From: Lentimicrobium sp.
Lineage (GTDB): Bacteria > Bacteroidota > Bacteroidia > Bacteroidales > Lentimicrobiaceae
Direction of reading: 5' to 3'
DNA: 16,455 nt
NCBI GenBank assembly: GCA_024709105.1
Contig: JANJXJ010000082.1
Location: 1 to 16,455 of the forward strand
Shown here: one piece after another, positions 8,091 to 14,606 of the stretch
How positions within the stretch are numbered: position 1 is the first letter of the stretch
How the letters are laid out: every line of letters starts with the position of its first letter
Position numbers and translations under genes: made by a program
The notes under the pieces: generated by a model
Database searches by the model: none
Told to the model about the DNA's origin: nothing
Seen by the model: the letters and a program-made list of their open reading frames with translations, nothing else

Positions 8091-8125
8091 AAAATCCCCT
8101 GAATTTTTCAGGGGATTTTTATTTT
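8091..8125 (+). terminator. Rho-independent terminator downstream of tRNA-Leu
   Basis: AAAATCCCCTGAA-ttttt-CAGGGGATTTTTATTTT forms a perfect 10-bp GC-containing stem followed by a T-tract, 7 nt after the tRNA 3' end. Confidence 0.85.
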
Positions 8126-8177
8126 GACCACATCATACATGCAAAGCCTGTCTTTACGGAACAGTCTCTCTCACTGA

Positions 8178-8969
8178 TTACAAGCCCATCGCCATTACCA
8201 GCAGTTCAGCAATGTCGTAGTTTTTAACTTCATCCTGTTTGTCCCTGAACTTAATTCCATCGGTTAGCATGGTCATACAAAACGGGCAGGCGGTGGCCAC
8301 TATGTCGGCTTTGGTAGCCAGGGCTTCTTCTGTTCTTTCGGCATTTACTTCCTTGTTTCCGGGTTCAGCTTCCTTAAACATTTGTGCACCACCGGCTCCG
8401 CAACACAAGGCCTTGCTCATATTGCGGGGCATTTCTTTCGTTTTTGACCTGAGCGACGCAATAACTGCCCTGGGAGCCTCGTATTCGCCGTTACCCCTTC
8501 CCAGATAACAGGGATCATGAAATACAATAGTTTTATCGCTGAAAATCTCAGGATCGGCAACCAGTTTTCCTTCATTTACCAGCTTCCTCAGAAAAACAGA
8601 ATGATGAATTACTTCGTAATTTCCGCCCAGATCGGGATATTCGTTTTTGAAAACATTATAACAATGCGGGCAACAGGTAATTACCTTTTTCACTTCGTAG
8701 GCTTTCAGGGTTTCTATAACCGTGAGGGCCTGCATTTGAAATAACATTTCATTACCGGCTCTGCGTGCCGGGTCTCCGGTGCAGGTTTCCTCCTTTCCCA
8801 AAACAGCATAACTAACGCCTGCCTTGTGAAGCAACTTTACAAAAGCCCGGGTCACCTTCTGATAACGTTCATCAAAGGCTCCGGCGCAACCCACCCAGAA
8901 TAAATACTCAGGAAACTCGCCTTTGGCAGCTACTTCGGCCAGAACAGGTACTTGTATGGAATTACTCAT
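8178..8969 (-). CDS. CCG-domain (Cys-rich) Fe-S subunit of heterodisulfide-reductase-like oxidoreductase (HdrD C-terminal / GlcF / LutA-like)
   Basis: 263 aa with two Cys-rich CCG-type motifs: ...VGCAGAFDE...TCCPHCYN... and ...DPCYLGRGNG...LCCGAGGAQMF...TACPFCM.... The start lies 30 bp downstream of the 4Fe-4S membrane subunit on the same strand. Confidence 0.75.
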   Translation of the reverse strand: MSNSIQVPVLAEVAAKGEFPEYLFWVGCAGAFDERYQKVTRAFVKLLHKAGVSYAVLGKEETCTGDPARRAGNEMLFQMQALTVIETLKAYEVKKVITCCPHCYNVFKNEYPDLGGNYEVIHHSVFLRKLVNEGKLVADPEIFSDKTIVFHDPCYLGRGNGEYEAPRAVIASLRSKTKEMPRNMSKALCCGAGGAQMFKEAEPGNKEVNAERTEEALATKADIVATACPFCMTMLTDGIKFRDKQDEVKNYDIAELLVMAMGL

Positions 8970-8999
8970 TTGGTTTTCTTCTTTAATTCTTGCATTGTT

Positions 9000-10289
9000 T
9001 TATAACCCTTCGGTCCATTTGAGCCGGTCTTCGGCAGGATATTGCCAGGGGGCGCCATTATTCTCAATATTGGCAAACATGGTGTTGAGCGAAGCAGGTG
9101 CAGCAGCTTCTTCCATAACCAGATACCTGCGCATGTCGAGAATCAGCGAAGGATGATTAATATTAACAGGGCATTCCTGTGCGCAGGCATTGCAGGTTGT
9201 ACATGCCCACAACTCCTCGGCCGAAATATAACTTCCAATCAATGCCTTACCATCATCAAAAGATTTGTCTTTCACCAAACCCGGCCCTTTTTCCTTCATC
9301 CTGGCACGCAGATCAACAAAGATTTTACGCGGAGAAAGAAGCTTGCCGGTAATATTAGCCGGACAAACCGATGTACATCGGCCGCATTCGGTACATGCCA
9401 GCGAATCGAGATAGTTTTTCCAGGTTACGTCTTCAACATCTTTTACCCCGAAACGCGATGGTGGCGCTTCCCCTGCAGGAGCCGCTGCAAATGCTGTTTC
9501 AGGATTCATCATGAGTTTAACCTCACGGGTTACACTTTCCATGTTCGGCAAATACCCCAATGGGCCGAGCCGGCTAAAGAAAACGTTGGGAACCGAAGTA
9601 AACACATGAAAATGTTTGGAATATGGCAATACATTGGCAAAGGCAAATATGAGCAGAATGTGCACCCACCACGAAATTTCGTGTAATACAAACTGATTGC
9701 TGCCAGGAGTAAAGAGTGTTTCAGACAATCCTGCACTCACAGGATATATGCCCTTGTAATTTTCGGCATGCTGGTGAACATAGGTAAGATTTATGCCGGC
9801 AAGTGAAACCATCAGTAAAAAAATAAAGGAAAGCGCTACTATGGCATCCTGTTTCGATTTTTTCTGCATTTCAACTCCATAGAAGCGCTTTATGGTAAAA
9901 AACAGCCGGCGGGCCATAAAAATCAAAATGGAAATCATAATTACATAAGCCATCACATCGCCCGAAGCCATCACAAAATCATAAAACCTTCCGGTTGATG
10001 ACATACTCCGTTCCATTCCGAAAACACCATCAATTACCATTTCTATGCTTCCCAGGGTAATGACCAAAAACCCCCAGAAAACCAGTGCATGTAGGAATCC
10101 GATAACCGGGAAACGAAATATTTTTGATTGTCCGATGGCCACTTCAAGCGTCAGCAAAATCCTTTCCTTCCACTGCGAAAGCGGAAACGGTCGGGTTAGC
10201 CTGAAAAAACCAATGATTCTGCGGGCTGTATAGCCAAATATTCCCAGTGTAATGAGCAATGCCAGTACAAATACAATTTGTTTTACCAT
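9000..10289 (-). CDS. Membrane-anchored 2x[4Fe-4S] ferredoxin-domain oxidoreductase subunit (HdrE/NarI-like b-type anchor fused to HdrC/D-like ferredoxin domain)
   Basis: 429 aa. The N-terminal ~230 aa has 5-6 hydrophobic helices with conserved His (HALVFWGF, HEISWWVHILLIF, HFHVF), suggesting haem-b ligation. The C-terminus has two CxxCxxCxxxCP motifs (CTECGRCTSVCP and CTTCNACAQECP). It sits immediately upstream of the CCG-domain gene. Confidence 0.75.
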   Translation of the reverse strand: MVKQIVFVLALLITLGIFGYTARRIIGFFRLTRPFPLSQWKERILLTLEVAIGQSKIFRFPVIGFLHALVFWGFLVITLGSIEMVIDGVFGMERSMSSTGRFYDFVMASGDVMAYVIMISILIFMARRLFFTIKRFYGVEMQKKSKQDAIVALSFIFLLMVSLAGINLTYVHQHAENYKGIYPVSAGLSETLFTPGSNQFVLHEISWWVHILLIFAFANVLPYSKHFHVFTSVPNVFFSRLGPLGYLPNMESVTREVKLMMNPETAFAAAPAGEAPPSRFGVKDVEDVTWKNYLDSLACTECGRCTSVCPANITGKLLSPRKIFVDLRARMKEKGPGLVKDKSFDDGKALIGSYISAEELWACTTCNACAQECPVNINHPSLILDMRRYLVMEEAAAPASLNTMFANIENNGAPWQYPAEDRLKWTEGL

Positions 10290-10805
10290 ACCAGAGTTTT
10301 TACGGTGTAAACACGATGCAATATAGAAAATTCTTTTTTACCTTGTGCATCTGCGCGGTTTTTTTGTTTCAAACATCATTGAACAAGTTTTGTAAGCAGG
10401 ATTTGAAATTCCTGAAGGAATGATGAACAGCAAACTGCTTTTCCAGGCCAATTAGTAATGGCAAAGCTAAAAATCTTCGGAAGAAATACCGGCAGATAAT
10501 TAAGTCTTACCTGAATCCGCGACCCCTGTTTCATCGAAAAATCTATAAATCAGGCATTTTACAATTCGGTTTAAATTTTTGTAAAAAAAAGGCGAAAAAT
10601 TTTGCATTTATGAAAAATGCCTTACTTTTGGCCGCATCAAGCTGATGATTATGCGTTCTGTTTACCAATTACGGCTTACTTCCAAATCAACCTTCCGCAA
10701 CATCAAGAACCGGGACGAATATCAGTTTTAGTATCCCTGTAGCCAATACTTTAACTATTGGTTTCATTTTTTTTCTGCATTTATTAATTTTCAACAACTG
10801 ATTTT

Positions 10806-12182
10806 ATGGAATTGCCATTTGCCGAATCATATAAAATAAAAATGGTGGAAACCATCCGCCGCAGCACCCGCGAAGAAAGGGAAGAATGGATCAAAGATGC
10901 CCATTACAACCTTTTTAAGCTCAAAAGCGAACAAGTTTTCATTGACCTGCTCACCGACTCAGGCACCGGAGCCATGAGCGACAAGCAATGGAGCGAAATG
11001 ATGCTTGGCGACGAAAGTTACGCCGGCGCATCATCTTATTTCAAACTGAAAGATACCATTTCCGAAATTCTCGGGTTCCCGTATTTCCTGCCTACCCATC
11101 AGGGCAGGGCGGCCGAGAATGTACTCTTTTCAGCTTTGGTCAAAGCCGGCGATATTGTACCGGGCAACTCACATTTCGACACCACCAAAGGACATATTGA
11201 ATTCAGAAAAGCCAAGGCTGTTGACTGCACCATCGATGAGGCTTTTAACACCACCGTGCTGCACCCTTTCAAAGGAAACATCAATCTTGACAAACTGGAA
11301 GATGTGCTGAAATCGCATCCCAAAGAAAAAATTCCGTTTATTGTAGTAACCATTACCTGCAATTCGTCGGGCGGGCAGCCGGTTTCAATGGAGAACCTTC
11401 GAGGGGTAAAACAAATTGCTGACAAATACGGCATTATGGTTGTATTTGACTCTGCCCGTTTTGCCGAAAATGCCTATTTTATCAAAACCAGGGAGCAAGG
11501 CTATGCTGGCAAATCTATTCGTGAGATAGTGGCTGAAATGTTCAGTTATGCCGATGCCATGACCATGAGCAGTAAAAAGGATGCCATTGTTAACATGGGC
11601 GGTTTTATTGCCTTGCGCGATAAGGCATTGTTTGAAAAAGCTTCTGTATTTAACATCATGTTTGAAGGGTACATTACTTATGGTGGCATGTCGGGCCGCG
11701 ACATGAATGCTCTTGCACAGGGACTTCGCGAAGGCACTGAGTTTGATTACCTTGAAACGCGTATAAGTCAGGTAGCTTATCTAGGGAACAGACTGGTAGA
11801 TTTTGGCGTTCCTGTTCAGCAACCATTCGGCGGACATGCCATTTTTGTGGATGCCAAACGTTTTCTTCCTCATTTGCCTAAGGAACAATTTCAGGCTCAG
11901 ACACTTGCTGTTGAACTTTACCTTGAAGGCGGAGTAAGGGGCGTTGAAATTGGAGCTCTGCTGGCCGATCGCGACCCCGAAACCCGCGAAAACAGATTCC
12001 CTGCATTGGAACTCTTAAGGTTAACCATACCGCGCAGGGTTTATACCAATAATCACATGGATTATGTAGCTACCGCATTGGCTAATGTTTTTGAACGCAG
12101 AAACAGCATTATCAAAGGATTAAAAATTACAGGTGAAGCACCCATTATGCGGCATTTTACGGTTGATCTGGCAAGAGAATAA
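10806..12182 (+). CDS. tnaA: Tryptophanase (tryptophan indole-lyase), PLP-dependent beta-eliminating lyase
   Basis: 458 aa, colinear with the TnaA/TPL family (DLLTDSGTGAMSDKQW, PTHQGRAAE, SARFAENAYFIK, PLP-Lys region SSKKDAIVNMGGF). Two specificity positions favour tryptophanase over tyrosine phenol-lyase. One is Asp in HFDTTKGH (Trpase FDTTQGH; TPL has Thr in TTTRYH). The other is His in MRHFTVDL (Trpase RHFTAKL; TPL RFFTARF). Confidence 0.8.
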   Translation: MELPFAESYKIKMVETIRRSTREEREEWIKDAHYNLFKLKSEQVFIDLLTDSGTGAMSDKQWSEMMLGDESYAGASSYFKLKDTISEILGFPYFLPTHQGRAAENVLFSALVKAGDIVPGNSHFDTTKGHIEFRKAKAVDCTIDEAFNTTVLHPFKGNINLDKLEDVLKSHPKEKIPFIVVTITCNSSGGQPVSMENLRGVKQIADKYGIMVVFDSARFAENAYFIKTREQGYAGKSIREIVAEMFSYADAMTMSSKKDAIVNMGGFIALRDKALFEKASVFNIMFEGYITYGGMSGRDMNALAQGLREGTEFDYLETRISQVAYLGNRLVDFGVPVQQPFGGHAIFVDAKRFLPHLPKEQFQAQTLAVELYLEGGVRGVEIGALLADRDPETRENRFPALELLRLTIPRRVYTNNHMDYVATALANVFERRNSIIKGLKITGEAPIMRHFTVDLARE

Positions 12183-12204
12183 ACCGCTGCTTAATGTCAT
12201 GCTT

Positions 12205-12236
12205 AAAAAAAAGCCCGCTATTGGCGGGCTTTTTTA
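12205..12236. terminator. Bidirectional intrinsic terminator between convergent tnaA and flotillin genes
   Basis: AAAAAAAA-GCCCGC-tattg-GCGGGC-TTTTTT. A GC stem is flanked by an A-run and a T-run, so it would function on either strand. It lies in the 69-bp gap between the two stop codons. Confidence 0.8.
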
Positions 12237-12251
12237 TTCATTTAATACATA

Positions 12252-13760
12252 TCAGGGCTTGGGCTCAACGGGGTTTCCGGATTCGAGCGTTTCATCGCTG
12301 CCTTTAAGGTATGACGGCAGGTTAAGTCCGGCCATATTGAAAAGATCGTTGAGCGGAGGCACGGTTTTCATCATTCCTGCCACAAAATTGGCTGTGGATC
12401 CATTGCCGTTTTCGCTGTTACCAGAATCCCAAACAGTAATTTTGTCAATTTTAATATTCTTGACTGCCTCTACCTGTGTTTTAACTAATTCCGGCAGTTT
12501 TTCGATAAGCAACAGCTGGAATGCCTTGGTAGGATCGCCACCTGCAGCTCCTACCACTTCGCGGTATCCTTCGGCTTGTTTGGTAAGGATTTCATACAAA
12601 CCCTTGGCTTCAGCTTCCATTTTAGCAAAAATAGCATCTGCTTCCCCTTTTGCCTGCACACGAATTCGCTCAGCTTCGGCCTGTGCTTCGATAATGGCGC
12701 GTTGTTTGGCAATTTCGGCGGGAATTACAATATTTGCATTTTGTGTTGATCTTTCGCGCTCAGCACGGGCATTTTCGGCAAGCTTTTCGGCCTGATAGGC
12801 TTCTTCGAGTGCTTTGGCCTGCTGTACCTTTTCAGAAGCCAAAGCAATGCGCAATGCTTCAGCCTCCTTTTCACGGCGGTTGGCTTCGGACTGGGCAATG
12901 GCAATCTTTGCTTCATTTTCGCCCTGAATAGCAACCGCATTGGCTTCGGAGGTTTTTACCCTGGTATCTCTGTCTGCTTCAGCCCGGCCAATAGATTCGT
13001 CTTTTTTGGCTACTGCAATACTTACTTCACGGTCTTTTTCAGTATTTGCAATTTTAACATCGCGGTCGCGGTGGGTTTCAGCAATTTGTGTGTCCTTTTC
13101 GCGATCTGCCAGTGCTTTTCCGGTTTCACCGATTTTTTCCTGCTCGGCAACACTGATTTTCGCTTCATTAATTGCCTTTGCTGCAGCTTCTTTCCCTAAT
13201 GCCTCAATGTAGCCCGATTCGTCCTTGATATCAGTTACATTCACATTAATGAGTTTCAAGCCAATCTTTTTCAGCTCACTGTCAACATTCTTCGAAATAT
13301 TGTCGAGGAATTTATCACGGTCTGAATTGATCTCTTCAATAGTCATGGTGGCAATAACCAAACGCAACTGACCAAAAAGAATATCTTTGGCAAGTTCCTG
13401 AATCTGTTCCGATGTCAGGCCCAGCAATCTTTCGGCTGCTGCATTCATACTGTCAGACTCGGTACTTATTGCAATAGTAAACCGGCAGGGAACATCAACC
13501 CTGATGTTCTGACGGCTGAGCGCATTGGTAAGGTTAGCTTCTATGGAAAGAGGCTTGAGGTCGAGAAAAGCATAATCCTGAATTACCGGCCAGATAAAAG
13601 CACCTCCGCCATGTACACATTTGGCTGAACTTCCGCCGGTACGACCGTAAATTACAAGTATTTTATCAGATGGGCATCGTTTATACCTGCTGACAAGTGC
13701 AGAAACCGTAACAAAAAATACAACGGCTGCAATAGCAATAAGAACAATTGGGGTTAACAT
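12252..13760 (-). CDS. Flotillin-like SPFH/band-7 protein (YqiK/FloA family)
   Basis: 502 aa. It has an N-terminal TM helix (MLTPIVLIAIAAVVFFVTVSALV), then an SPFH domain (ILVIYGRTGG...FIWPVIQDYAFLDL...), then a long Ala/Glu/Lys-rich coiled-coil stretch (EAEALRIALASEKVQQAKALEEAYQAEKLAENARAERE...) typical of bacterial flotillins. It is preceded by an NfeD gene 12 bp upstream. Confidence 0.85.
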   Translation of the reverse strand: MLTPIVLIAIAAVVFFVTVSALVSRYKRCPSDKILVIYGRTGGSSAKCVHGGGAFIWPVIQDYAFLDLKPLSIEANLTNALSRQNIRVDVPCRFTIAISTESDSMNAAAERLLGLTSEQIQELAKDILFGQLRLVIATMTIEEINSDRDKFLDNISKNVDSELKKIGLKLINVNVTDIKDESGYIEALGKEAAAKAINEAKISVAEQEKIGETGKALADREKDTQIAETHRDRDVKIANTEKDREVSIAVAKKDESIGRAEADRDTRVKTSEANAVAIQGENEAKIAIAQSEANRREKEAEALRIALASEKVQQAKALEEAYQAEKLAENARAERERSTQNANIVIPAEIAKQRAIIEAQAEAERIRVQAKGEADAIFAKMEAEAKGLYEILTKQAEGYREVVGAAGGDPTKAFQLLLIEKLPELVKTQVEAVKNIKIDKITVWDSGNSENGNGSTANFVAGMMKTVPPLNDLFNMAGLNLPSYLKGSDETLESGNPVEPKP

Positions 13761-13772
13761 ATACTTTTTGGT

Positions 13773-14339
13773 TTAGAATTTCTCAACAATCAAAATGCTC
13801 CCCGATTCAACGGAGATTACTTTTACCAGGGTGTTGGACTCCAGACGTTCATCGCTGGTCATGGCATCAATTTCGTGAAATGCACCTCTCACACTAATCT
13901 GAACTTTTCCTTTACCTTTTCTGCCGCCCGGAATGGGAATATAAACTTCGGCCGTTTTCCCAATGGTTTCTTCAATTTTAAAGGAATTGTCTTCGGCAAG
14001 TTTCTGAACCTGCTGAATAATAAGGAAGAAAAGATAAACAAACAGCAATCCTACCAGAAATGCAACAACAATGAGCCAAACCTTGCTGCCAATGGTTCCA
14101 TAGAACGAAATGCCTGTCCAGCTTAAACCCAAAAGAAAATTTATCAGGTTACGCAGCGAGAAGAGTTGGAATGGCGCTTCAGTTCCCGAGAGATTACTGT
14201 CAAAATCGGCATCAATTCCATCGGTAGCATCAGTCCCAACAAAGGTCATGATGGTTTGAATGAGAAAAATCAAACTGGTGGGAATGGCGATAAACCAGAA
14301 TGCTTTTAATAGCGGGTCAAGCCCTTGCAAAAAGTCCAT
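13773..14339 (-). CDS. NfeD-like membrane protein (YqiJ family), flotillin partner
   Basis: 188 aa. Hydrophobic N-terminal helices are followed by a C-terminal beta-rich OB-like domain (TAEVYIPIPGGRKGKGKVQISVRGAFHEIDAMT...VESGSILIVEKF). It sits directly upstream of the flotillin gene, the classical yqiJ-yqiK arrangement. Confidence 0.7.
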   Translation of the reverse strand: MDFLQGLDPLLKAFWFIAIPTSLIFLIQTIMTFVGTDATDGIDADFDSNLSGTEAPFQLFSLRNLINFLLGLSWTGISFYGTIGSKVWLIVVAFLVGLLFVYLFFLIIQQVQKLAEDNSFKIEETIGKTAEVYIPIPGGRKGKGKVQISVRGAFHEIDAMTSDERLESNTLVKVISVESGSILIVEKF

Positions 14340-14482
14340 AATATAATAATTTGTAAATCAATTTATTAAAATTACAAGCCAATCAAAATCTTTCAAAAAT
14401 TAGACAGTGCAATATAAGGAGAATAATTGTGCAACTGTGTTAAAACTTTTAAAGTGTTTGGCAAATAATGAAAAATCTTCAA

Positions 14483-14576
14483 ATGAGGAATCCCGGATCA
14501 TATAATTAATTATTCACAGTACATCCTCATAAATCAACAGTACATCCCCTATTATTTTAGGATGATGCCTCCTCAT
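14483..14576 (+). promoter_or_regulatory. Repeat-rich candidate operator/promoter upstream of TonB-dependent receptor gene
   Basis: The heptamer TCCTCAT occurs at 14524-14530 and 14570-14576, and its reverse complement ATGAGGA at 14483-14489. The 10-mer CAGTACATCC is directly repeated at 14518-14527 and 14538-14547, a 20-bp periodicity. A near-consensus -7 box CAtcTTTG lies at 14579-14586, 21 bp before the ATG. Confidence 0.4.
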
Positions 14577-14606
14577 TTCATCTTTGCATCACAAAACCAC
14601 AACAAA

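Noticed and set aside
9042-9686. 214-aa + strand ORF antisense to the 4Fe-4S membrane protein
   Set aside because: Cys-rich by mirror-image of the CxxC codons on the other strand. There is no independent support. It is a shadow ORF.
8001-10289. Possible genomic island integrated at tRNA-Leu
   Set aside because: No integrase, no direct repeat of the tRNA 3' end, and no mobile-element genes lie downstream. The adjacent genes are ordinary redox and metabolic functions.
12133-12795. 220-aa + strand ORF overlapping the flotillin gene antisense
   Set aside because: Its product is low-complexity Ser/Ala-rich sequence with no recognisable domain. It is the mirror frame of the GC-rich, repetitive EA coiled-coil coding region of flotillin. 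It is a typical shadow ORF.
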